Assembly (NCBI GenBank): GCA_001662655.1
Contig: KV460223.1
DNA: 64,000 bases
Origin: Pseudogymnoascus verrucosus
Taxonomy: Eukaryota
Reading direction: 5' to 3' (one strand)
The notes beneath the pieces were generated by a model. That model saw only the letters and a list, made by a program, of their open reading frames with translations, was not told the DNA's origin and ran no database searches. Shown piece by piece: positions 1 through 10,897 of the stretch. Both the position numbers and the translations under genes were made by a program. How positions within the stretch are numbered: the first letter of the stretch is position 1; the number at the start of each line of letters is the position of its first letter.

Positions 1-257
1 GGATCAGGCGCCTCCAGCCGGAGGATATGGATAAGCTGGCTACGAAGGTGCGGGGGCTGGTGGTGACTACGCCGGAGTGGATCGTGGTGAGGGAGGATAT
101 CTCGGTGAGGGAGGCGATTGCGTTTTTGGAGGCTGCGAAGATGGAGTCTGCGAGGGGAGAGGCGACGTATGATGATGATGCGGTGATTGCGACGGCCGTG
201 GAGGGGAAGGTGACGGGCGTGGTGGAGATTGCCACGTTAATGTCTCAGAAGTCGTGA
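1..257 (+). CDS. 3' end of a gene entering from the left edge; CBS-like C-terminal segment, possibly of a fungal KpsF/GutQ-type sugar isomerase
   Basis: Open GC-rich frame from position 3 (IRRLQPEDMDKLATKVRGLVVTTPEWIVVREDISVREAIAFL...GKVTGVVEIATLMSQKS*), TGA at 255-257. The pattern 'V..D.SV.EA...L ... GKV.GVV' resembles a CBS repeat. The family assignment is recollection only. Confidence 0.4.
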   Translation, partial: IRRLQPEDMDKLATKVRGLVVTTPEWIVVREDISVREAIAFLEAAKMESARGEATYDDDAVIATAVEGKVTGVVEIATLMSQKS

Positions 258-960
258 ATGCTATTTTAGATGGCGGTTGGACTTGGTCGAAGGGTCCATC
301 TTTTGGTTTATTTCCTTTGGAGCATGCTATTATGCTTCGCTCATTGAGCCATTGGTCCGCGCTGATGCGTATATGAGTGGCCTTTTGGAGAAGCGGCATT
401 GGCCCAGACAAAAATATGTTTTGGAGCTGGCATTTTGAAAGATTTTACGCAACCCAGCCTAATAGGGTTTTTTGGGGTGTGGATATCGCCGCCTCGGTTT
501 AGTTGCTGGCGCTCGCGTGGATAGAGATGATAGGCGGTGGGATATTTGCTCTTTAGGTTTATATATATACATAGCTACGACTTGACGAATTTGGGAGATG
601 CGTCTCCCCCCCTGCGTCAGCTTTTTATGGGGTTTAGGTTCATTGTGTGGGAGTATCTTGTGATTTACTGTCGTGAAGTTAAATTTTCTATTCATAACCA
701 TTCTACGACACTGTTTATTTCCCAAACAGCATTTGTCAAGTTATCTCACAAGCATGGGTTAAAATTAAACGCCCAGAGTGCTTTTCTCTCTGAAATAAGG
801 GTTATATTTCACTGGATCTCTTTCACACACGTATCCCATTGTCTGAAATCCCATCCTCACCTCCTCACCATCTGGCCTTCATGGAATACTCAGGCCCTAG
901 CTTCCCTCCTAAAGTTCTTGATGCGGTGGCTGGTGACAAGAAGCAGGGTACAAACCACGC

Positions 961-1349
961 CTATTTTTCCATTGGTTTGCAAGAGTAGGGTGAGCTTGGC
1001 GATGGCTATTGACAATTGTTAGTAGCGCATGTAAGAGACCAAATCACACGTTCTTACATTCTGTACGGAAATATCACAGCACGACGCCACTTGCTTCAGT
1101 ACCCTGCAGTACTCTTTCATATAGGACTCAGTAATGATGATCGCTAGCAGTCTGGCTAGTGTTCATGTGAGTTTGATTCTGTTTAAAGAGGCATTTTAGA
1201 AATAACCTACAGGGTTCGAAGCAAGGGCCTTCAATAGGGCAGCAAGTTGGCGCATGATATCTAGGTTGGTCGCAAGCTTTTTTGTCGTCGCTAAATGCTG
1301 GGGCAGCAAGTATGGCGATGGCGAAGAGGGCGCCGAATTGAGTTCTCAT
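961..1349 (-). CDS. Small secreted 8-cysteine hydrophobin-like protein (93 aa, 3 exons: 1349-1211, 1155-1058, 1005-961)
   Basis: Spliced product MRTQFGALFAIAILAAPAFS-DDKKACDQPRYHAPTCCPIEGPCFEPSRLLAIIITESYMKEYCRVLKQVASCCDISVQNPSPSSPYSCKPMEK*: signal-peptide-like N-terminus and C-CC-C-C-CC-C pattern. Introns are GTAGGT..CTCAC..TAG (55 nt) and GTAAGA..CTAAC..TAG (52 nt). TATAAA lies ~90 nt upstream (1439-1444, minus strand). Confidence 0.8.
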
Positions 1350-2752
1350 GGTTGCAGGATTGGCGTTGCTTAAGTTTAAACAGGAGAATGCCAGTAGCGA
1401 TGATCTATTAAGTGGGAGGAGGGAGGTTCCCCGCGCCCTTTATACAAACACAGCATCTGGTAAATCTCAGCTGAAACATAACTAGGGCCAGTAGCTAACT
1501 CTTGAGACCAAGGCTAACTGGCAAAGTCTTACGGGTTACTCAGAGGAAACTAGCCATTCAGACCTATGAAGCGAACAATGAGGCAGCTGAATAGAGAGAA
1601 GAGAGAAATATCCGAGACATTCATACTAATAATCTTAGCAATATTGTGTACCTGCAGCATTCTCACCCATTTTAGGGTCTTTGTCTGCTGAACTGAAGAG
1701 AGTTAAGACGGCAAAAATATTTAATTTTAGGGTCCTTAATTTTATGGTATGTATTTATTTTCCATAATTGAAAGGATTAAGCCTCGCCCGCCGTCTACTG
1801 CTGCAACCCATGATAAGGTGCGTAGTATAGGCTACACCTATTATGCGATTGGTTTACAGTCCAAGGCTATGTTCCGCTATTGATGATTGTTAGAATTAAT
1901 ACACGATATCCAAACATGCGTCCGTTCTTACCTCCTTTTCATCAAGACAGCATGTTGCCACCTGCTTCAAGCCGCTGCAATAGCTCTTGAGACGAGCATC
2001 GTCAAATTGTAAATATGGTAGTGAATCTAATGTTTATATAAGTATAACCTCTTTCAAATAAATAGTATTTAAGGGCTGGTTTAGGATGTGAATGCTTACT
2101 GTAAGTGCATTGGCCATTATCAGGGCAACACTACGGCGTAATATAATCCCTATTATCTTCGGTTTCCCGACAGGCAAGCTCGGCGGCGAGGGCAAGGCCA
2201 ACGAGACCAAATAGGGAAATGATTGAGGTTCTCATGCTTGCGGTTTTGGCGCTGCTCTGGTTGGAACTTGAAGATGCTACCTATGATGTAGGAATGTGAC
2301 AGTGGGTGGATGTTTATGTGGAGGGGGGTGCTCGAGCACTCTTTATAGGGGGCAATAAAATGGTGGCGACAAATATGATTTTGAAGGCAATGTTTGTAAG
2401 GGATGTGTGGCAAAACAATAATGTGAGGCAGCAGCAAACATAAAGAGGTTTTCTTATATAAAGCCATTAATTTATTAACCGCCCGAGACGCACCATAAAA
2501 AATATATTTCTTTCTTGCATTTTTTCAACTCCATTCTAAAAACCCATTCTTCATCCAGTCGTATGCGCTGCGGGTATCATACCATCTACCCCCACTCTTC
2601 TATACCTCGTCATTACAATTTTATCCCACTTCAATCTATTCCCGTTTCTTTATTATTTCGCTTTTTGCGATATCATCCCCGGTCTATCTGACCCGCATTT
2701 GGAGGCCCATAGGCGTCATTAGTCAATGCTCTCGGGAGCCGCGCCTGTTTAG

Positions 2753-4028
2753 TCACGTAAGCTTCTGTATTTTAGCTAGTTGTTTCCCGTTTGGCTTACT
2801 CAATGTTCCATAACCAGTCCTGATAATATTCGGCGTAGACCGAGGTCTCCTCAGGAACAAATCGATAGGCCAGGCGAAACGACCCGCAAGAGGTTCGCCT
2901 GCTTCTTCTGATGTTAGGTACTCGACGAGGGCGATGACTAGATATGTTAGATCGACTTCAAGTACGATTATTGGCTAGATTGAAAGGAAGGGATAAAACA
3001 TACAGATATACGCTCCAATGCCGGTAAAAATATGCCACCAGCCATGCAATTCAAGAAGGAACGAAAGTGGCATGCCGATTGTTCGTTTCGCCTGCGTGAG
3101 CCAGGAGCAGGTGATATTATCGATATTCCAAATGACATATCCGGAGATAAAAATCACTATTTGCACCATAAGCATCCCCCCAACTCTTAAACCCGAGCCA
3201 CCACGAGAACAAAGAAGACATACCTGAGCCCCATCGAACGAGCTTGCGCACCTCCTTCTTCACAGCTGGGTCTTCGACGCGGTGGCTGATGATCGAGCGC
3301 GTCTTTGTCCCCACAAGGACAACCATCACGCCAAACAGGATGGAGTGCCCAACTATTTCGTCGGACAGGCAGTGCCACACGGAAAAGACGGTTAGGAAGG
3401 CAGCGAGGCCGAGGCCTTTGAGAACTGCGTGCAGTGGCGTGTCATCATACGTGTAGACGCGATGCATGACCGTCGCCGTAGCGAGCAGCATTGATAGGTC
3501 ATCCGCTGTGACTTGTTAGTCTCGCGTGCTTCTGTATATGGGAAGGGGACAAACCCCATTGCGTGTAATATATGTTGGTGGCGTGGAAGACCGCGCTGCC
3601 GAAACCGACGCCCATGATGCCGAGATATGGGATGTTCCTGAGGAAGGCATCCTTACGGCCCCAGTTCTTATAGATCCCATGAATGGCGTATAAAACTAGG
3701 CTGAGTGTTAGTATGTGTATTTACCGTGATTTTATGTCCGAGGGTGCCGGTTTGGGGTATGGCGACGTACTATACGTGAGGTTTGTGAGGGTGTTGATGA
3801 GCTCTGCGATATATCGTGTCACGATATAGTCCTATAGAGATGTCAATACCGGATCAGAGGAGCCATGCCATGGCTATCTTGGCAACGCACCTCCTCGCAG
3901 AAACTGTAATGCTTGTCAGCCTTGTTGCCAATAACGGGCGTTTGGATTTCTCACTTTGCCTTGGAGCTTGTTGGGCCCCAGTATGGATTGTACGGCGTAT
4001 CTCTATAAGACCAACCCAAAGACGCCAT
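2753..4028 (-). CDS. YPC1: Alkaline (phyto/dihydro)ceramidase, Ypc1/Ydc1 family, multi-exon
   Basis: Spliced motifs YWGPTSSKANFCEEDY, AELINTLTN, GFGSAVFHAT, DDLSMLLAT, WNIDNITC and LELHGWWHIFTGIGAY are diagnostic of CREST-family ceramidases. Confidence 0.92.
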
Positions 4029-4621
4029 GATTTCTATGTTATATAAGTTCGAGCTTGGCTCTGATCCCAGCCGCTCGTGGCTTTGATAGCTGAAGTTTAT
4101 ACTTCAAGTGTGGCGAGTCTCTGACACCTAATAGAGGCTAGTTGGAACCAGGAACCATAACCAGTCGAATGACGCAAAACGTAATTTTATTGGCGGTTGA
4201 TAAAGTATTATTGGAATTAAACAAGCGCCTGTGTGCGGCACCAGACTTCCAGTATATATGGATGGGTTTTAAAAAGGGACCATGACTTTTGTAGCGACGT
4301 TCCGAACTTCCCGCGCGCTCTTTGTCGTCACCAGTGCCTGACGACGACTGCCACCACGCGTCTACCCTTGCAGCTGGGCCGCCCCTGATAGGCCAGGAAT
4401 TATGGAACCAGGGTCTCAATGGTTAACCAATCAAACGCGACCAAAGTGTGCTTACTGAACGTGCCGAGGTAAAAGGTACGAAGTGCTTGGATCCTGAACC
4501 GATGTCATATCCGGGACTCTGGGGAAAAGGTGAAGTGTGGAGAGTTAAGTAGTGTGATAACTTCCCCTTCTCGACCACATTTCTTGCATTCACGCCCTAT
4601 ATACGCAATACACAGCTCAAC

Positions 4622-4993
4622 ATGTCTCAACAATTTACTCCCGCAGATGTTGCCCAGCACAACAACCCCGAGAAGGGCCTCTACATCATCGTAGACTCGA
4701 ACGTCTACAACGTCACCGGTAAGCCTTTCCACATATGCGCCTGGAAAAAAGAGCCGCGGCATTCTCGAACAGCGCAACTCTTACGCCGCTGGTCGTACTC
4801 CTATAATTTGTGAGCTTGACTGACATCATATACAGACTTTGCCGATGAGCACCCCGGTGGAGCCAAGATCCTCAAGCGCGTCGCCGGCAAGGACGCCTCC
4901 AAGCAGTTCTGGAAATACCACAACGCCGGCGTGCTCAAGAAGTACGGAGCCAAGCTCCAGATCGGGACCGTTAAGGACGCCGCCAAGTTATAA
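4622..4993 (+). CDS. Small soluble cytochrome b5-like heme-binding protein (2 exons, intron ~4719-4835), C-terminal AKL
   Basis: Spliced MSQQFTPADVAQHNNPEKGLYIIVDSNVYNVTDFADEHPGGAKILKRVAGKDASKQFWKYHNAGVLKKYGAKLQIGTVKDAAKL*. Contains the HPGG heme motif and GKDA..F...H, with no transmembrane tail. Confidence 0.92.
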
Positions 4994-5670
4994 GCGCTGC
5001 AAGCTTAGAGGGCGTTGTATTTACACCGTCGAGTGAGGGGCGTACATGACGGAGGCACGGAGGCGCATTAGTGCCTGGATGTGTGTTGTCATTCAGGTGA
5101 TGCTGCGGACCAAGGCGAAACCGAGGAGGACAACATAGGTTCAAAAGGCGACGTGTATGAAGAGAATGGGAGGCAAGGGAGTGATTTGCAATGCATATAT
5201 GATTTCGAACCATTGCGACAGCATATATACAATAGACCATACTGTTTCTGAACATACTAGCTCATTGACCCGCTCTACGTGAACACTGATACGTGACAAC
5301 TACTGCCAGCGGATGTGAATAGGAGGGAGAGTGCCATCTTATATCCATAGCACCCTTTAGCACCGGCGTCGATAAGGCAGGATTTTCAGGTAATAGTATG
5401 GCATAATTCAATCTGTCTCACTTCACAGGATTATATCAATAACACATTAGTATATCTTAGATGCCATTATATATTCATGCTCTATGCGCTGCGTCAAACA
5501 AATTATCAAACCATCATGCCACATCAAGGGTATTGTTCAATCAAATCGTTCCGCCTCGACAAGATACAACCATACAAAGCACAAAATGAGGAGAGTCAGT
5601 AACACAATATCCACCCAATCCGTCCGATCCCAATCCAATTGTAGACCTAGCGCCATATCCGTAACGCCGT

Positions 5671-7681
5671 CTAGTCTTTTCCCGCCTCGCCGGTACCGTC
5701 CTCCTTCTTACCCACCGCGTTCATCGCCCATCCCATCCAGCTCGCCCGCTTATCCGCCTTGGCTGTTGTTTCGGCCTGGTCCTGTACTAGTCGCAGAGGC
5801 CGTGGCTTATTCCCAGCGAACGTAGCCTGCCTGTCCATCGCCCGTGGGGGTGAGTTTCCAGGTGGCGGTGTGCTCACCTCGCCAGTGTGGCTGGTGTGGC
5901 TAGTCTCCGTGCTGGTCGTACTTCCACCGTCACTGGTACCACTAACGCGGCTGCCAGGGAAATTGCCAGAAGATGGTAGTGCGAAGCCACCGCTTGGTGC
6001 GCGTGCTGCTGCATTGGGGTTTCCGGCTGCGGCCGGCGGCGCAAAGAAACTCGTCGAGTTGCGTGGCGTCTGAGGTCCGTGAAGCGGTGGTGAAGTTGCG
6101 GTGGGGCCTTTGTACATTGCGTTTACGACGCTGAATGCTCCCGAGGATATCTGCTCGCTTGCTGGCCTAGCCTTACGAACCGACGCGCCGCGGTTCAGGT
6201 TGAACGGGATTGAGGGTGCGGTGTCGGGGTCGGTCAGGGCCGAGTGAGCGGCGGGCATCTGGGACATTGGTCGAGGCTTTGGACGAGTCCCGCCAACAAC
6301 GGACTTTGCGCGTTGCAGGATTGATGGGCCACCAGCGGCTTCCTTGGGAGGCGGTGGCGGCGGAAGGTCTTTATTGGTGTTTGCTTGGACGGTTCCGGCA
6401 GCTCCCGGCTTGAAGTCAGAGGACTGATCGAGGATAGCCTCGAAGTCTTGATGCTCGAGGAGTCGCTCGATAATCTTGTTAATGTAGAGTGTGAGTGCCT
6501 TGTTCTGTTCCTTGCTGGCCTTGAGCTCAGCTTCCAGGCGTCGATAAGCCTCAATATCGCCGTCTGCCACATCAGAAAGTTCGTCCGCCAGACTGGAGCC
6601 ACCGGTGCGGCCTTCGAGTGCATCAAGGGCATCGGCGCGGGCCGGAGAGGACATATACCCAAAGTCCGACTTTGTGAAGTCGCCGTTGAGAGTTTTCTCG
6701 GAGAGGAGGAGTTGGAAGCTTTCGTTGTCTTCCATCAACCGGGCGTTGGTCATCCGAGTCTCTAGAAGTTGTCGTTCAATCTCTTGTATGCGGCCGCCAC
6801 CCATGTTCTCCGATTCGACTATCTTTATTTGGGCTTCCGCTATTTCTAGCCGAAGGGACTCGATCACACGATCTTTTTGGAGGAGAAGTTTAGAGTTATT
6901 TCGAGAATCGCTGCGATTCAAGGACGACGGAGGAGCAAAATGATTGTTGCTTTCGATGCTCGGCGATGAATTATTGGCTACGTTGGGGGTTAGTAAATGG
7001 CATGTCAAGGGAAGTAAGGGGTAACATACAGTGCCTGAAGCCTCGCCCCTCACTACGAGCATCATCGTCCCCATTGGCCTTTTGGCTTAAACTCTCCTTT
7101 AACCTCTGAATTATCACCTGCATCTCCTCTTCTCGATTACCCATCTCCTCCTTCTCCTTCGTCATTGATGTTCGCTCTGCCTCGTATATTGCCCCCATCT
7201 CCCTCATCTGCCTGGCGGAATCACGTTTCTCATTCTCCAGCGACTCGACCCGTTCCTCCTCCTCATGTAATCTGTCCTCAAGCTTCACTTGCTCTTGTAG
7301 CGCATCTTCTAGCCTGGATTGTAATACCTCTGTCTCTTTCTGGAACTGTTCGGCTCGGATCTCGGACAACCGCAACCTCTCCTTTAGCTCGTCCATCGCA
7401 GCAATAGTCTCGGCTCGAGCTTCCTCGGCATCTGTAGCGCTGCTGCTGTTACTCAAGCCCGATGCGCCAACAACAGATCGTCTAGCTGGGTTCCCAGCCG
7501 ACAAGGCGCTGCCGCGCAGCGACCTCGTCCTAGGGAGACCGCCATTTGGTTGCGACGAAGGTGAGGATGGTGTCGGAGAGCGAACAGGCGCGCGATTCGA
7601 TGGAGTAGGAGACGTGGTCGGATTCGTAGGCCGACGCCCATGTGCGCCTGTTGGCGGTAGCTTCTTGTCAGTCCCTGACAT
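5671..7681 (-). CDS. Conserved-looking fungal coiled-coil protein of unknown function (2 exons, intron ~7031-6981)
   Basis: ORFs 6971-7681 and 5671-7074 are joined by a GTATGT..CTAAC..TAG intron. Long heptad-like segments (LLETRMTNARLMEDNESFQLLL, NKALTLYINKIIERLL) and a Pro/Ser-rich tail. Confidence 0.8.
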
Positions 7682-8550
7682 TGTGTTGGCAAATGGTGTT
7701 GTCGCGTGGGACCCCGATAATGTCGTATCTTGAAATGGGTTGACGTTCCACGTGGTTACGCGCTAGAGTAATGTTGTACCTTGGTGTTATGGGGCTGGAC
7801 AACGTTGAACATCAACTTTATGACCTGCAGACACGGATATTTAACAATTATGTCGCGACTTGGTTGATACGATTCAGAAGACAGGTGTGTTATGTTTGTA
7901 TGGGCCACCTGGTTGACTTTTGTGGTTCATGGACTTGTCTGATTCAGTGGTGGTCCATGCGAAATTGATTAACCCGTCTCATAAATTGGTGATCTTAAGA
8001 GTCAATAAACGGACGTAATATCCCCGCGTTTCATTCTATTGAAACATGGCCACCTTTGTGAAATGTCTTATGGTTCACATGCTCTAGGCAGTTAAGATAA
8101 AATATTGAACATGGTTTATTAAAGTGAAGTGCTCAGAGTTATGCGTTAGGATAACCGTGCCACTAATTTCCTCAACATAGCCGGACGTTTTCCAGAACAT
8201 TTACATACAGGGGTCATTTTGAGAATTTCCCATATAGGCTGCCGCCTCAATCTCTCCCATCAAGATGGAGATGGCTTGTGGCAAACGCGTAGTGAAATGG
8301 TTCCTGGACTCACAGAGACGTGCAATATCCAGTAAAGTCAATTCGTGTCGTGGAAAGCCGTGGATACCAAATTTAAGCAGGCTAGGAAAATTGATGGAGT
8401 CCATTTCTATTAATCATTCCTTCGAGAACGGTAGAATTTATTTACACTTCGTGGAACACGGTCGATGTCGACTGGTCATTTGTAATTTCTATTGATAGAC
8501 CAGAAACAGGTATTCAGACAGGTGTGATATTCCCAGCCCCCCTGTTTCAA

Positions 8551-8690
8551 ATCACGTGTACATTATTATCAAGCCTTATCCGTCACCTTGGCACGTGACA
8601 CATAACCCCGTGATCTCTCGTAAGCGATTGCTTTGCAAGCTTTGCAAGCTTTTGTGGGCTTAGGGTTCGAAGTCGCTAGTGGGGCTTTTT
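8551..8690. promoter_or_regulatory. Ribosomal-protein promoter module: two CACGTG (Cbf1-type) boxes and GGCTTAGGG (Tbf1-like) element
   Basis: TCACGTG at 8552-8558, CACGTGAC at 8592-8599 and TTAGGG at 8660-8665, 130-240 nt upstream of the RPL10 ATG. Tbf1 plus Cbf1 control of RP genes is established in Candida albicans; function here is inferred. Confidence 0.5.
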
Positions 8691-8795
8691 GATTTCAAAT
8701 CTTGAGCAGTGCATATCGTAAAGGCAAGCGGATTCCCTCGCCTCCGCCCATCTCTCAACTAATTCACGACAGCAACATCGACGAAATCATTCAAA

Positions 8796-9881
8796 ATGGC
8801 TCGCCGTCCTGCAAGATGTTACCGCTACTGTAAGAACAAGGTACGTTGAAACTGTTGCGATGTGTGGGAACGAGTGACGAGGGATCGAGGGACGGGAGGG
8901 AAAGGACGGGTTGTGCGATGAATGGAATCTCGACGACACCAGCGACGTCTGCGAGAGCGGCGCCCGTGGAAAGATTTGGATGGAATTTGCGTTCGATCGA
9001 GAGCTGCGAGATATTTGGAAGATTGGTAGCTAACTTGAGTCTCTTCACAGCCTTACCCAAAGTCCCGTTTCAACCGTGGTGTCCCGGACCCAAAGATTCG
9101 CATCTTCGATCTTGGCCGCAAGAAGGCAAACGTTGACGAGTTCCCTCTGTGCATTCACTTGGTTTCCAACGAGTATGAGCAGCTGAGCTCTGAGGCCCTT
9201 GAGGCTGCCCGTATTTGCGCCAACAAGTGAGTTTATCCAATACAGCGATACCCATCAAGCCCGAAACCAGAGCCTCGCCAGAGTCGTCAACAGAGCACTG
9301 TCAGACGCTACGCGAGTTGCATGGCAATGGGCTTTCGGAATGCGCGTTTGAATTACAAGGCATATACTGACAATAAATAAAGGTACATGGTCAAGACCTC
9401 CGGAAAGGAGTCTTTCCATCTCCGCGTCCGCCCTCACCCTTTCCACGTCGTCCGCATCAACAAGATGTTGTCATGTGCCGGTGCCGATAGACTGCAGACT
9501 GGTATGCGTGGTGCTTGGGGAAAGCCCAACGGAAGTGTTGCTCGCGTCAACATTGGTCAGATCATCCTGAGTGTCCGCACTCGTGATTCTAGTAAGTTTG
9601 CCCTTGGAATGGTCTACTACGTCAGCAGCTAACCAACCCACCTAGACCGCGCCGTCGCTATCGAGGCTCTCCGCCGCTCCCAGTACAAGTTCCCCGGTCG
9701 CCAAAAGATCATCGTCTCCAAGAACTGGGGTTTCACCCCTCTTCGCCGTGAGGAGTACATGGACAAGAAGAACACCGGAAAGGTTTTCGTCGATGGTGCT
9801 TACGTCCAGTTCTTGAGCACCCACGGCAAGATCGCAGACAACGTTAGGCGTTTCCCGGCTGCTTTCGCCGAGACTGCTTAG
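8796..9881 (+). CDS. RPL10: 60S ribosomal protein L10 (uL16), 4 exons
   Basis: [39 protein letters not shown]...[35 protein letters not shown]. Introns at ~8841-9050, 9227-9382 and 9592-9646; TAG at 9879-9881. Confidence 0.98.
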
Positions 9882-10897
9882 ATTGTTGTTGTTGGGTCAT
9901 GACGGGTGGATAAGAACGGCGCATAATTGCTTTCGATGGCTGCAATGGAAGGGTTTTTGAGTCAAAGGTGCTCGTTTCATTGTAACTATGAAAAATAGCC
10001 ATGATATCCTTCTGCTGCTCCCCTTTAGTGATTTGAGTGATTGATACCTGTGTTCCCAGTAGATGGCGGCCCGGCTTTCCGGCTCACGGGAAGTATTGAG
10101 ACCGCCACGCCACTGAGATGTGTCTACTACCATACCCCTGTTATTATGAATTCCTCCCCATAAGCCAAATAATTCGTAAGAAATCAGCGGTGACTTGAGG
10201 TTCGTCCACATCTTATATCAGTTGGGTGATAAAGATGTATTCATTGGTGCATTTGAGCTTACATCCCGTCCCCTGTTTCTTATCGCTTGCTCGTATCGGT
10301 CGATGGTGTCACTGCCGGCCAGTACCGTCGCTCGCACTCTGAAGTCGAGTGAGTAATCAAACGAGGTAAGCTGAGAATTTACAGTAAATACGACTCTATA
10401 TAATTCAAATCACTCTTAAGAGTCCCCGGGAATCGATTTTATGTATGGTCGCGCGCTCTGTTGAGATTGTTTCTATAAGAGCAAGCACAGATTGGCACCA
10501 AGACAGCAGGGTTGCTACTTCACGCGGACCCAAAGTGCAGGGAAGGGACCCCCGCCTCATATTGGTCCACGAGAACACCATCCATCGACAATACACACCT
10601 CCTCACCGCGACATTAACCATTCTATTACCATACAAACCAGCCTTTACGAATAAACTCTCTGCATATATTGTTTAGTTGATACCCAGACCTTACGCTTGA
10701 CCACCCATTACTATTATATAGCTATCTCCTTTGCATTAGTTGTTGACCAGCCGTGTCTCCTCACGCACGTCATTTGGCCTCCTCAACAAGACTGGCCTCC
10801 CATCCGAAAGCACGTCGCTAGGGAAGATATATCAAGTTGAAAGTTTGAATACTATAGGCAGCCACGGCTGTTGTCGAATATACTATCAAACCGAACC

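Noticed and set aside
8841..9382. Longer-than-usual RPL10 introns (about 210 and 156 nt) as snoRNA hosts
   Set aside because: No convincing C/D box pair or two-hairpin H/ACA layout by eye; only a short AAGCCC/GGGCTT complement. An Rfam/Infernal scan would be needed.
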